The notes beneath the pieces are model-generated. The model was not told where the DNA came from and searched no databases. It saw only the letters and a list, made by a program, of their open reading frames with translations. From Candidatus Gastranaerophilaceae bacterium (GTDB taxonomy: Bacteria; Cyanobacteriota; Vampirovibrionia; Gastranaerophilales; Gastranaerophilaceae), in contig JAZRUK010000043.1 of assembly GCA_045652525.1 (NCBI GenBank), positions 8,973 through 72,972 on the forward strand: a stretch of 64,000 bases of DNA. The letters are read 5' to 3'. Below are positions 1-9,746 of this stretch, piece by piece. The translations under genes were made by a program, and so were the position numbers. Position 1 is the stretch's first letter; every line of letters starts with the position of its first letter.

Positions 1-2636
1 TAACTCTATTAGGGGATAAGAGTCCATTACCTCATTATGAAGTGCCTAGTGGTCATACGGTTGAAACATATTTGGACTTAAAAGTCCATGAAGGTTTAAA
101 AGAACGCTATGGTGATGTTCCACCTGAAATTGAAAAACGTGTTAAATATGAGCTTGGTATTATTGAGCAAATGGGTTTTTCAGCATATTTCTTAATTACT
201 TGGGATTTTATTCATTTTGCAAAAACAAATGATATACCAGTAGGGCCAGGTCGTGGTTCGGCAGCAGGTTCTGTTGTTGCATATGCACTTGGAATTACAG
301 ATTTAGACCCGATAGAGCACCACTTATTGTTTGAAAGATTTTTGAATCCAGAACGTTATAGTATGCCCGATGTCGATATTGATTTTTGTATTGATAGACG
401 TGGTGAAGTTATTGATTACGTAACACAAAAGTATGGTGAAGATAAAGTTTGTCAGATTATTACTTTTGGTACTTATGCTGCTAAAGCTGCGATGAAGGGT
501 GTCGCAAGGGTTTTTGATATCCCATATGCAAGAAGTAACCAATTAGCATCATTAATTCCAAGTGAGCCTAAAACGCATATAGATGATGCACTTCAACCTG
601 GCATGGAATTAAAAAAACTTTATGATGAAGATCCTGAAGTTAAAAAGCTCGTTGATATGGCAAAAGCCATAGAAGGTATCAAAAACAACGTTGGTACGCA
701 CGCGGCGGGTGTTATTATTGCACACAAACCATTGAATGAAATAGTTCCTGTACAGCCATCTAAGGACGGTATTATTGTAACAGAATATCCAATGGCTGAT
801 TTGGAAAAATTAGGTCTTTTGAAAATGGACTTTTTAGGCTTAAGAAACCTTACTATGATTTCGAAGACCATGAAGTTGATAAAACAACGTAGAGGAATTG
901 AATTTGATATAAATAGAATTCCTTTAGATGATAAACCTACATATGAAATGTTAATTGCTGGAGATACAGATGGTGTATTTCAGTTAGAATCTTCAGGGAT
1001 GAAGAAACTCGTTAAGGATTTAAAACCAGACGTATTTGAAGATTTAGGTGCGTTGGTTGCGTTGTTCCGTCCTGGTCCGTTAGAATCAGGCATGGTTACG
1101 GATTTTGTAGAACGTAAGCATGGTAGACAACAAATTACATATGCTCACCCATTGCTAGAACCTGTGTTGAAAGACACATATGGAACTATTGTTTATCAGG
1201 AGCAAATTATGCAGGTGTTCCAAGTCTTAGCTGACTATTCATTAGGACAAGCAGACATGGTACGTCGTATGATGGGTAAGAAAAAACTTGACGAAATGGC
1301 GCAACAAAAAGGTAAATTTATTGAAGGTGCTGCTCGTCATGGTATGGCTTCTAAAGATGCAGCTGCATTATTTGAACAGATTGAAAAATTTGCTTCATAC
1401 TGTTTTAATAGATCACACTCTGCTGCATATGCTTTTGTTGCTTATCAAACTGCATATTTAAAATGCCATTATAAGATTGAATATTTATCTTGTTTATTGT
1501 CAAGTGTATCTGGAGATCAAGAGAAGACACAACTTTATATTGAAGAAGCGCAGAAAAATGGTATCAAGGTCATGCCTCCTGATATCAATAAATCTTATTC
1601 TGAATTTACGCCTGATGGTGATGTGATTAGGTTTGGATTGGCAGCCATTAAGCAGGTTGGAGAAGGTGTTGTTGATACTATTATTAGAGAGCGAGAAGAA
1701 AATGGAGAATACAAATCTATTTATGATTTTTGCAGTAGATTGGATTCCAAATGTAATAATAAACGAGTTTTAGAAGGATTAATTAAATCTGGAGCTTTTT
1801 CAAATATTGAAAAAAGTAGAAAACAACTCTTAGATAATATTGAGTATATTATTTCCACAGCTAATAGGGAAGCTCAGGCCAAAGAGTTAGGGCAAGTAAG
1901 TTTATTTGCGGGACTCGAAAATAATGATGATTTTGCAGGGACAAAATTCCAATTAGCAGGTAGTGATGAAGAATTTGATCAAAGACAGTTGCAAATGCTT
2001 GAGAAAGAGTTTTTAGGCTTTTATGTATCAAGTCACCCATTATCTACAATAAGAGACAAATTGCCATTTTTGATGACCCATAAAATCACAGAAATTGCAG
2101 AGCAACCGAATGATAAAATGGTTACAATTTGTGGTTTAATTACTGCAACTAAACAAATTCCAACTAAAAAAGATCCGTCAAAATTTATTAGATTTGTTAC
2201 TGTAGAAGATTTGACTGGTAAGATTGATGTTATTTGTTTCAATAATAAAATAGCTGAATTTGGTACATTTTTAGAACCAGAACAAAGAGTTATCATATCT
2301 GGAAAAGTTAATCGCAGAAGCGACGAAGAAGCTCCGTCAATACTCGTTGAAAATGTAAAACCTGTTGATAATTCAAATATTTTTACAATTGAAATTTTGG
2401 AAGATTTGAAATATGAGGAATTATTCTGGCTAAAACAAATGTTGTGTGAGTACAAAGGTTCAGATCCTGTAATGTTGAAATTACGAGATGATAGTGGTGA
2501 AGTTAAAGTGCTTACAGCTTCAATGTTTTGGGTTGATACAAGCAATGACTTGGTAAACAAAATTGAAACTCGATTCAGTGGTAGGGTTAAAATTCATGTT
2601 AAATCATTAGATAATCCCGAACCAATAACAGTTTAA
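1..2636 (+). CDS. dnaE: DNA polymerase III alpha subunit, C-terminal ~878 aa; 5' end lies outside the window
   Basis: Frame open from nt 3 to window edge; pol III alpha core signatures (GPGRGSAAGS, FNRSHSAAYA) and OB-fold tail. Confidence 0.93.
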   Translation, partial: TLLGDKSPLPHYEVPSGHTVETYLDLKVHEGLKERYGDVPPEIEKRVKYELGIIEQMGFSAYFLITWDFIHFAKTNDIPVGPGRGSAAGSVVAYALGITDLDPIEHHLLFERFLNPERYSMPDVDIDFCIDRRGEVIDYVTQKYGEDKVCQIITFGTYAAKAAMKGVARVFDIPYARSNQLASLIPSEPKTHIDDALQPGMELKKLYDEDPEVKKLVDMAKAIEGIKNNVGTHAAGVIIAHKPLNEIVPVQPSKDGIIVTEYPMADLEKLGLLKMDFLGLRNLTMISKTMKLIKQRRGIEFDINRIPLDDKPTYEMLIAGDTDGVFQLESSGMKKLVKDLKPDVFEDLGALVALFRPGPLESGMVTDFVERKHGRQQITYAHPLLEPVLKDTYGTIVYQEQIMQVFQVLADYSLGQADMVRRMMGKKKLDEMAQQKGKFIEGAARHGMASKDAAALFEQIEKFASYCFNRSHSAAYAFVAYQTAYLKCHYKIEYLSCLLSSVSGDQEKTQLYIEEAQKNGIKVMPPDINKSYSEFTPDGDVIRFGLAAIKQVGEGVVDTIIREREENGEYKSIYDFCSRLDSKCNNKRVLEGLIKSGAFSNIEKSRKQLLDNIEYIISTANREAQAKELGQVSLFAGLENNDDFAGTKFQLAGSDEEFDQRQLQMLEKEFLGFYVSSHPLSTIRDKLPFLMTHKITEIAEQPNDKMVTICGLITATKQIPTKKDPSKFIRFVTVEDLTGKIDVICFNNKIAEFGTFLEPEQRVIISGKVNRRSDEEAPSILVENVKPVDNSNIFTIEILEDLKYEELFWLKQMLCEYKGSDPVMLKLRDDSGEVKVLTASMFWVDTSNDLVNKIETRFSGRVKIHVKSLDNPEPITV

Positions 2637-2645
2637 AAAAAATAC

Positions 2646-2673
2646 TTGCAAAAAAAAATTCTCCATGTATAAT
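2646..2673 (+). promoter_or_regulatory. Putative sigma70-type promoter for tRNA-Gly
   Basis: TTGCAA (2646-2651), 16-nt spacer, TATAAT (2668-2673), about 20 nt upstream of the tRNA. Confidence 0.45.
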
Positions 2674-2692
2674 GAGAAATGTAGCAAGAATT

Positions 2693-2767
2693 GCGGGGGT
2701 AATTCAGTGGTAGAATGCCTCCTTGCCAAGGAGGATGTCGCGAGTTCGAGCCTCGTCTCCCGCTCCA
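2693..2767 (+). tRNA. tRNA-Gly (anticodon GCC), CCA encoded
   Basis: Cloverleaf folded by hand: acceptor GCGGGGG/CTCCCGC, anticodon arm CCTCC-TTGCCAA-GGAGG, T-loop TTCGAGC. Confidence 0.9.
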
Positions 2768-2774
2768 TAAAGAA

Positions 2775-2798
2775 GAGTCACGAAAGTGGCTCTTTTTT
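2775..2798 (+). terminator. Rho-independent terminator after tRNA-Gly
   Basis: GAGTCAC-GAAA-GTGGCTC hairpin followed by T6. Confidence 0.6.
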
Positions 2799-2812
2799 AT
2801 TAATTAGGTATT

Positions 2813-4021
2813 TTAGTCTTTAATGTCGTATGTTTTTGATTTAAGAATTGTTCCAAGAATTAAATAGACTAAAAACATAGCAATAAAGTAAATTTGAAGT
2901 TCAACATGTGTTATAAAAAACTTTGATGTCAACAAAATTATTGCAGCGGCACTTCTGGAAACTAAATTATTGATAGACATTAGGTTTCCTCTGTTATCTA
3001 AGTGTACAAATTTTTGTAGTCGACTTACATGTAATATTGTAAATATTAGCTGCATGCCTATTATTAAACAAAGGATGACTATTAATGCAGAAATGAGAAC
3101 AATATTTTTTGTGGTAGTTGCGGCATATAAACAGCAAAATCCTATTATATATAAGTAATACAGTGGTTTTATAAGTTTTCTAATATCAAAGTTTCTAAAT
3201 AATTTTCCAGCTGTAATCCCAGCTAGTGCTCTAATACCGTGATTAGTGCATGCAACTATACCAAACATAAATATAGGGAATAATGCATTTTGCATTACAG
3301 GCTGAAAACATAAAACAAAAAATATTGAGAAAGCTGTAAGTATGCCAGAATATAAAATATGGTATCTGATTGAAGGATTACTGTAGATTTTTTTAGTCTT
3401 GTCAAGGTAGTTATAAATTTTTTCATTTGAAATTGCAATTGAATTGCTGTTGGATTTAATTTTAGGTAATGACATTGTTAAGGTTATACTTATTGATATA
3501 AATATAAATTCTAATATTAATATGTGATTAAATCCATATTTAGAATATATTATCGTTCCCAGAATTGCGGCAATTGTTGTACCTAAAGCTAAATAAAAAT
3601 TTAGATAACCATAATATTTTGACATTTGTTCTTTTCGGTTATTTTCATGTAAGTAATCATATAGATATGCTGGCATTGCATTATCCATCATAACTTTTGA
3701 TATTGCAAATATAATTTCACCAATAAGTACAACATAATAGCCAGTTGTAAACAACCAAAAAACAGTGACAAACATGAACAAGCTGAATGAAATTAATAGC
3801 AAATGCTTTCTAGAAATCCTGTCAGAAATGTATCCTATGGGAATTTCGGATAAAATAGACGTTAAGTAAAAAAGTCCTTGAAAGAAAAACAGTTCTTGAA
3901 CTGTAAGCCCGTTATATTGGTAAAATAAAAGAAGTATAGGAGTTAACATTAATATTGATCTTAAAAATAAGGCAATATTAAATTTACATATATTGCTATC
4001 TATTTTTTTTAGATCCAGCAT
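2813..4021 (-). CDS. MFS-type transporter, about 12 TM segments
   Basis: Hydrophobic throughout; loop 2-3 motif GYISDRISRKHLL resembles the MFS G-x-x-x-D-R-x-G-R-R signature. Confidence 0.65.
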   Translation of the reverse strand: MLDLKKIDSNICKFNIALFLRSILMLTPILLLFYQYNGLTVQELFFFQGLFYLTSILSEIPIGYISDRISRKHLLLISFSLFMFVTVFWLFTTGYYVVLIGEIIFAISKVMMDNAMPAYLYDYLHENNRKEQMSKYYGYLNFYLALGTTIAAILGTIIYSKYGFNHILILEFIFISISITLTMSLPKIKSNSNSIAISNEKIYNYLDKTKKIYSNPSIRYHILYSGILTAFSIFFVLCFQPVMQNALFPIFMFGIVACTNHGIRALAGITAGKLFRNFDIRKLIKPLYYLYIIGFCCLYAATTTKNIVLISALIVILCLIIGMQLIFTILHVSRLQKFVHLDNRGNLMSINNLVSRSAAAIILLTSKFFITHVELQIYFIAMFLVYLILGTILKSKTYDIKD

Positions 4022-4102
4022 TATCTCTCCTATGGCTATAAAATTCTCCCTTATAGAATTTTAAGGTGTTAAAAAATAAATGTCAACTTGAAAACAAAAC
4101 TC

Positions 4103-4131
4103 TTGACAATTAATTTTGTTCTTAATAGAAT
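4103..4131 (+). promoter_or_regulatory. Putative promoter for the tRNA-Thr/Thr/Tyr cluster
   Basis: TTGACA (4103-4108), 17-nt spacer, TAGAAT (4126-4131). Confidence 0.5.
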
Positions 4132-4143
4132 ATTACATGTGAC

Positions 4144-4215
4144 GCCGGCATAGCTCAACGGTAGAGCAACGGTTTTGTAAACCGTAGGTTGTAGGTTCGA
4201 TTCCTATTGCCGGCT
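4144..4215 (+). tRNA. tRNA-Thr (anticodon UGU), no encoded CCA
   Basis: Acceptor GCCGGCA/TGCCGGC, anticodon arm ACGGT-TTTGTAA-ACCGT, T-loop TTCGATT. Confidence 0.88.
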
Positions 4216-4228
4216 ATTTGCCTATCAA

Positions 4229-4300
<72 letters not shown>

Positions 4301-4339
4301 AATTTTAAACCTCTTACGAGGCTGTTGAAAAATGAATAA

Positions 4340-4425
4340 GGGTAGGTGCCCGAGTGGCTAAAGGGAGCAGACTGTAAATCTGCCGTCGCGAGACTACGGT
4401 GGTTCGAATCCGCCCCTGCCCACCA
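4340..4425 (+). tRNA. tRNA-Tyr (anticodon GUA), long variable arm, CCA encoded
   Basis: Acceptor GGGTAGG/CCTGCCC, anticodon loop CTGTAAA, long extra arm, T-loop TTCGAAT. Confidence 0.88.
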
Positions 4426-4427
4426 TT

Positions 4428-4454
4428 AAAAAGACCCTTTTTAGGGTCTTTTTT
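4428..4454. terminator. Bidirectional rho-independent terminator between the tRNA cluster and the convergent phosphonate operon
   Basis: AAAAAGACCCT-TTTT-AGGGTCTTTTTT: perfect hairpin flanked by an A-run and a T-run. Confidence 0.7.
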
Positions 4455-4472
4455 GTTTGCTAATATTTATTG

Positions 4473-5594
4473 TTATTTGCTAGATAAATATTCCATAAAT
4501 CTTATTTTATTTTCAAGTGCTGTTGTTGTAGGGCGGCCTAAATCAGCTCTTGCTCCAATTGAACATTTAATTTCAAGGAAACATAATTCACTGGATTTTT
4601 TACAGATTAGTAGTTCTCTATCTAAATCTTCAAAATTATCCACACTTGCAACTTTTGGATAGCCGCAAGCTTTTGCAATTCCTACAAGATCCATTTGGGA
4701 TGAAACGGTAGGCATTCCGCCGACTGTTTCATGAGCTTCATTGTTTATAACAATGTGCACGAGGTTTTGAGGTTTGTTTGCTCCAATTACACCCATAGCG
4801 CCTAAGTGCATTAATGCGGCACCATCTCCATCTAAACACCAAATTTTCTGATCAGGTTTTTGTAGTGCAATTCCTAGTGCTATGGAAGAACTGTGTCCCA
4901 TAGAACCAACTGTTAAAAAGTCATATTGATGCCCCTGAGAATTTGCTTCTCTAGTTTCAAACAATTCTCGGCTGGCTTTGCCTGTTGTGGAAACAATCGG
5001 ATCATTTTCTGTCACTTTTACTATATGTTGAATAATTTCTTCTCTACTCATTTGGTATTTATTAGTATATTTAACTTTTTCATCATATGTTAAAGCACCT
5101 TTTCTAACCACAAATGCTACACATTTACCATTTGCAAGTTCTTTTTGAAAAAGTTGCATAACTCTTTGTAGCTCATTTTCAGTTGTATTTGCATCGATAA
5201 TGAAAGAGTTTATATCCATATCTTCTAACAATTTCACAGTAACTTTGCCTTGATAAATATGTTGAGGTTCATCTTTTACTCCAGGTTCGCCTCTCCAGCC
5301 TATGACAAATATTGTAGGGATAGCGTACACATTGTCATTCAAAAGACTTGCAACTGGGTTTATGATGTTTCCTTGTCCGCTATTTTGCATATATACGACA
5401 GGAATTTTTCCTGTTGCTAGGTGATATCCAGCAGCAATAGCAGCACAATTTCCCTCATTAGCAGCGATTATATGATGTTTTTTATCGATGCTGTATTTAT
5501 TCATCAAGTAATCGCATAGAGATTTTAATTGTGAATCAGGAACTCCTGTGAAAAAATCAGCGCCTAAATTATCTACAAATGTTTTTATATCCAT
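4473..5594 (-). CDS. aepY: Phosphonopyruvate decarboxylase (TPP-dependent)
   Basis: N-terminus DNLGADFFTGVPDSQLK is typical of Ppd; TPP-binding GDGAALMHLG...NN motif; sits in the AEP operon. Confidence 0.85.
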   Translation of the reverse strand: MDIKTFVDNLGADFFTGVPDSQLKSLCDYLMNKYSIDKKHHIIAANEGNCAAIAAGYHLATGKIPVVYMQNSGQGNIINPVASLLNDNVYAIPTIFVIGWRGEPGVKDEPQHIYQGKVTVKLLEDMDINSFIIDANTTENELQRVMQLFQKELANGKCVAFVVRKGALTYDEKVKYTNKYQMSREEIIQHIVKVTENDPIVSTTGKASRELFETREANSQGHQYDFLTVGSMGHSSSIALGIALQKPDQKIWCLDGDGAALMHLGAMGVIGANKPQNLVHIVINNEAHETVGGMPTVSSQMDLVGIAKACGYPKVASVDNFEDLDRELLICKKSSELCFLEIKCSIGARADLGRPTTTALENKIRFMEYLSSK

Positions 5595-5603
5595 TATTTT
5601 CTC

Positions 5604-6296
5604 CTATAAAGATTTTCTAACTGTTTCAAGTTCTTCAACTGTATCAATTTCAATTATGTCACTCGTATTTATTGGATAAACTTTTAATTTTAAAGAATCT
5701 AGATTTTCATTAACTACGTCGTCCCAAAATAGATTTTCAAAACCTGAGGTATTATATCTCTGAGTGATTTTTTGAGATAAAATTGTAGCTTCATTTTCTT
5801 TGAAGTAAGCAATACCTGACATGTTGTAGCAGTCGGTGCCATTTTTACCAACTCTTGAAATAAATTGGTTTTCGTCTAAGTCAAAAACCCAATCAGACGA
5901 GAAACCTTTTATCATCTTTCCGTAATAACAAGATTCATTTGGGATGTTATTGAAAATATTTTTGTTAGAAATAAACAGATCAGCTTCGCAAATAAAGCAG
6001 TCACCTTTTAAAAGTATATCTTTAGCTGCATAAATTGATGAAATATTATTGATTATTTTATAATCGGGGTTCTCGATTATTGATAAATTTGAATATTTCT
6101 GAGTTAAGTATTCAAATTGATGTCCTAAGTATCCGACAACTACGTAAATATTATCAATATTTGCCAATTTCAAAGCGTCAATAATTGTTTCAATCATTGG
6201 CTTTTGCCCGACTGTTATTAGTGGCTTTGGAGTGGTTTCGGTAAGAGGTCGCATTCTTGTTCCTAGGCCCGAAGCCATTAAAATTGCATTTTTCAT
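5604..6296 (-). CDS. LicC-like nucleotidyltransferase; candidate phosphonate cytidylyltransferase (PntC-type)
   Basis: N-terminal ILMASGLGTRMRPLTETTPKPL NTP-transferase signature; 230 aa; operon context. Confidence 0.72.
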   Translation of the reverse strand: MKNAILMASGLGTRMRPLTETTPKPLITVGQKPMIETIIDALKLANIDNIYVVVGYLGHQFEYLTQKYSNLSIIENPDYKIINNISSIYAAKDILLKGDCFICEADLFISNKNIFNNIPNESCYYGKMIKGFSSDWVFDLDENQFISRVGKNGTDCYNMSGIAYFKENEATILSQKITQRYNTSGFENLFWDDVVNENLDSLKLKVYPINTSDIIEIDTVEELETVRKSL

Positions 6297-6305
6297 TTTA
6301 CTTCC

Positions 6306-7601
6306 TTATAGCTCATCAATTAAAGAAATAATATCTTTTATTGACATTAATCTGTCATCAACTTCTTTGGCTCTATGATATTTCAAAATATCTTTAGCGG
6401 TTTGTTCCATTGCAGGAAAAGCGCTACGAGTTAGTTGATTTGCATAAATTACAATATTAACACCGTGCTGCATAAGTTCATCTTCTGTAACTGTATTGAA
6501 AGATGAAGGAACAACAACAATAGGTGTTTCTTTGTTATCTTTTCTAAATAAGTCACAAAATTCAAGGATTTCAGCAGGATCTTTTTTACGGCTATGAATC
6601 ATTATGCCGTCCGCTCCAGCTTTAGCAAATGCATGAGCTCTTTTTAAAGCATCATCCATACCTTGCTCTAAAATTAAACTTTCGATACGTGCTATAACCA
6701 TAAAATCATCAGTTAATTGAACTTTTTTGGCAGTTGAAATTTTTTCGCAAAAATGTTCTATTGTATCTTGAGTTTGTACAACATCAGTACCGAATAAAGA
6801 ATTTTTCTTTAATCCGACTTTATCTTCAATAATGACTGCGGATACACCAAGTCTTTCAAGTGTTCTAACATTATATACAAAGTGTTCGATTTTTCCGCCA
6901 GTGTCACCGTCAAAAATTATTGGCTTTGTTGTAACTTCGCAGACATCGTTTATTGTTTTGAATCGTGAAGTCATATCAACTAATTCGATGTCAGGTTTCC
7001 CTTTTGCTGTAGAATCACAAAGCGAACTTATCCACATAGCATCAAATTGATCAAGTTCACCATCGTGTTCGACAACAGTTTTCTCTGCAATTAAGCCTGT
7101 TAAACCACTGTGAACTTCAATTGCTTTGACTATATTACGTAATTTTAAAAGCTGGCGCAATCTTTTACGTCTATATTCAGGCATTGCTCTTTTTTCTTTA
7201 GTTTTTTGGTCAACAAGTAGAACATTTTCACTAAAAGTGTATGGAACTTCTATAACTTCGCCACCAGTTTTTTGCATAAGAGCAATTGCGTTTTCTCTTA
7301 TGGAGGTTAATGGAGCTTTTTGCCAATTATCACCGTGGATAATGTAGTCAGGTTTTATTTCTTGTACAATTTCATCGTACATAATCTCTTTTTGTATTAC
7401 AACTTCACTCACACCTGGTATGTTCTTAACCATTTCAACACGTTCTTCAAAGCTTACAGTTGGGAATTTGTCGAATTTAACCATAGATTCATCATTTAAT
7501 ACTCCAACGATTACTTCTCCGTATTTTTGAGCTTCTTTGATAATATTCAAGTGCCCTTCGTGGATTACGTCTGTACAAAAGCATGTATAAACCTTTTTCA
7601 T
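6306..7601 (-). CDS. aepX: Bifunctional HxGH cytidylyltransferase (N-terminal ~130 aa) fused to phosphoenolpyruvate mutase
   Basis: TDVIHEGHLNIIKEA (TagD/ECT-type HxGH); C-terminal ICL/PEP-mutase fold with IIEDKVGLKKNSLFG. Confidence 0.85.
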   Translation of the reverse strand: MKKVYTCFCTDVIHEGHLNIIKEAQKYGEVIVGVLNDESMVKFDKFPTVSFEERVEMVKNIPGVSEVVIQKEIMYDEIVQEIKPDYIIHGDNWQKAPLTSIRENAIALMQKTGGEVIEVPYTFSENVLLVDQKTKEKRAMPEYRRKRLRQLLKLRNIVKAIEVHSGLTGLIAEKTVVEHDGELDQFDAMWISSLCDSTAKGKPDIELVDMTSRFKTINDVCEVTTKPIIFDGDTGGKIEHFVYNVRTLERLGVSAVIIEDKVGLKKNSLFGTDVVQTQDTIEHFCEKISTAKKVQLTDDFMVIARIESLILEQGMDDALKRAHAFAKAGADGIMIHSRKKDPAEILEFCDLFRKDNKETPIVVVPSSFNTVTEDELMQHGVNIVIYANQLTRSAFPAMEQTAKDILKYHRAKEVDDRLMSIKDIISLIDEL

Positions 7602-7620
7602 TTTATTATCTCCCTATAAA

Positions 7621-8748
7621 TTAATATTTGATTGGTATAGCGACGTTGTATTCGTTTAAAGCCTCTTTGAATACTTTAAAGAAATCTTTTATGTCTTCAA
7701 CATCTATTGCGCCTAATGAGCAAAGGCGGAATGTATTTGTTGTTGAAATTTTGCCTGGATATATCGTAAAGCCTCTTTCATAGCAATAGTCATGAATTTT
7801 CTCAAAATTCCAGTTGCTATCGTTTGGATATATTGCTGACACAACAAGTCCAGCTTGCCATTCTTTTTTTATTACGTTTTTAAAACCAAGTTCTTCTAAT
7901 CCTTCATGTATTGCTTCAAAGACGCGTTTGTGTCTTTCCCATTTTTGAAATTCGCCTTCAGTAAAATATTCTTTTAATGCTTGTATTGTTGCATAAATAG
8001 TTTGAACAGGTGGTGTAAAGTGCATTTCTCCTGTCTTTTCAAAATATTCGTATTGCAAGTACAGATTGCAATAATAAGAGCGCTTTGGATAATTTTTAGA
8101 TTCTTCTATTATGGCTTTATTCCCTACAATAAATGATAATCCGGTCATTGCCATAAGACCTTTTTGAGCAGAAGCCATACAAAAATCGACATTATCTTCA
8201 TCCATATTTATAGGACGCATTGCAAATGTTGATGTTGTATCAACAACAAATATTGCATTGTATTTATGAGCCAAAGCTCCAATTTCACGTATCGGATTTA
8301 GTAAACCTGTGCCTGTTTCATTATGTGTTGTGTAAACCATAGCAATATCAGGATTTTCTGTCAAAGTTTTTTCAATCGTTGTAAGATCAGGTCTTTCGTC
8401 GATTGGAAATTTTAAATTAATATGTTCAAGTCCATAATACTGACAAACTTCTACTGCTCTTGCGCTATAGGCACCGTTATTTACTACTAGAATTTTTTTA
8501 TTTTCTGGTAATAAAGAATTTATGCAAACATCAATGTTAACGGTTCCTGAACCACAAAATAGTACAGATGTGTATTTGTCTTCGTTAGCGTGAACAATTT
8601 TTAATAAATCTTTTCTTAAATTTTTCATCATTGATGCAAATTCTTGTTCTCTTGGACAAATATCTGGAACAACTTGGGCATATTTTACTGAGTCAGTGGT
8701 TGTAGCAGGCCCTGGATTTAATAATATGTTTCTCTTGATTGATTGCAT
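7621..8748 (-). CDS. phnW: 2-aminoethylphosphonate:pyruvate aminotransferase
   Basis: NPGPATTTDSVK N-terminus; class V aminotransferase with a SAQKGL PLP-lysine region; operon context. Confidence 0.83.
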   Translation of the reverse strand: MQSIKRNILLNPGPATTTDSVKYAQVVPDICPREQEFASMMKNLRKDLLKIVHANEDKYTSVLFCGSGTVNIDVCINSLLPENKKILVVNNGAYSARAVEVCQYYGLEHINLKFPIDERPDLTTIEKTLTENPDIAMVYTTHNETGTGLLNPIREIGALAHKYNAIFVVDTTSTFAMRPINMDEDNVDFCMASAQKGLMAMTGLSFIVGNKAIIEESKNYPKRSYYCNLYLQYEYFEKTGEMHFTPPVQTIYATIQALKEYFTEGEFQKWERHKRVFEAIHEGLEELGFKNVIKKEWQAGLVVSAIYPNDSNWNFEKIHDYCYERGFTIYPGKISTTNTFRLCSLGAIDVEDIKDFFKVFKEALNEYNVAIPIKY

Positions 8749-8756
8749 TTTAGCTC

Positions 8757-9746
8757 CTATATATCGTGTAATTCTTCTTCAGTTTTGTTTAAAAATATTT
8801 TTAATTCTTCAAATGCTTCTGCACCAAAATAATCTTTTACTGATTGATCTTTTTTGAAGATAAAGTGGTGAGCATAGATTTTATTTGGCCAATTCATATA
8901 TTGACCGTACATTTCTGATAAAAATGTTTTTTCGTTGTTTACGCATTTGAATTTGTATCCTTCAAATTCAATTTCTTTTAGTGGGAAATAAGTATCATAA
9001 GAATAAACCAAATAGTCATTGAAGCGGTGTTGATAATCTATCCCCCATACAATATCAGATTTTTCGATTTGAGGTATTGCAGTGAATTTAAAAAAGTTTT
9101 TAGATTTTTCAAATATATATTCAAAAATTTGTTTTTCTTTGTTTTCTTTCAATAAAGGTCTAATTTTTAAGTTCATTAACCTTCTGAAAAATTTTATTTT
9201 TCTTGAAAGTTTTAGACGATGGCTTTTTGATAACTTTTTGTTTGTGTAATCAATTGGTGTAATGTCAATAAAAACATGAGGAATTTTTTTGTGTCGAATT
9301 TTCAAAAATATATTTACATCTTTTTTAGAGTGAATTAATTCAGTGTATAAATCTGAATTATCCATTGAATTTATGATCTCTATGAGTTTATTGTAGTGAT
9401 CTCGATGCATTTCAACATCAATATCGTCATCCCAAGGTATAAAACCTTTGTGTCTTACAGCACCCAGCATTGTGCCAAAAGTTAGCCACAAGTCCAGATT
9501 GTTTTGTCGGCAAATTTCATCAACTCTTTTTAATATCTCAAGATTGGCAAGCTGTATTATTCTAAAAAGTCCATCGGCTTTTGGTGCTTGTGTTATATTG
9601 CCACCAGCATCTCTAAATTTAGAATATTTATTTTCTTTTAGAGCTTTCCCAGCTAATCTGATTTTAAAACCTAAAAATGTTATTATAGTTCTTCTGGTGA
9701 CTTCATCAAAACGGATTGAAAAAAGATTTTTCAATATAGATAACAT
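8757..9746 (-). CDS. licD: LicD-family phosphotransferase (copy 1)
   Basis: LWLTFGTMLGAVRHKGFIPWDDDIDVEM LicD signature; first gene of the AEP operon. Confidence 0.8.
   Translation of the reverse strand: MLSILKNLFSIRFDEVTRRTIITFLGFKIRLAGKALKENKYSKFRDAGGNITQAPKADGLFRIIQLANLEILKRVDEICRQNNLDLWLTFGTMLGAVRHKGFIPWDDDIDVEMHRDHYNKLIEIINSMDNSDLYTELIHSKKDVNIFLKIRHKKIPHVFIDITPIDYTNKKLSKSHRLKLSRKIKFFRRLMNLKIRPLLKENKEKQIFEYIFEKSKNFFKFTAIPQIEKSDIVWGIDYQHRFNDYLVYSYDTYFPLKEIEFEGYKFKCVNNEKTFLSEMYGQYMNWPNKIYAHHFIFKKDQSVKDYFGAEAFEELKIFLNKTEEELHDI

Noticed and set aside
324-2560. Minus-strand ORFs inside dnaE (324-542, 620-871, 2033-2560). The same kind of antisense ORF occurs inside many other genes, for example 6832-7347, 13106-13518, 20743-21114, 30955-31461, 36572-36835, 39508-39822, 47487-47846 and 49297-49921.
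   Set aside because: They lie fully within long ORFs that have clear family motifs. They have no RBS and a low-complexity, hydrophobic composition typical of shadow frames in AT-rich DNA.
4399-4662. 87-aa plus-strand ORF
   Set aside because: It starts inside tRNA-Tyr, runs through the terminator hairpin and then runs antisense into the phosphonopyruvate decarboxylase gene.
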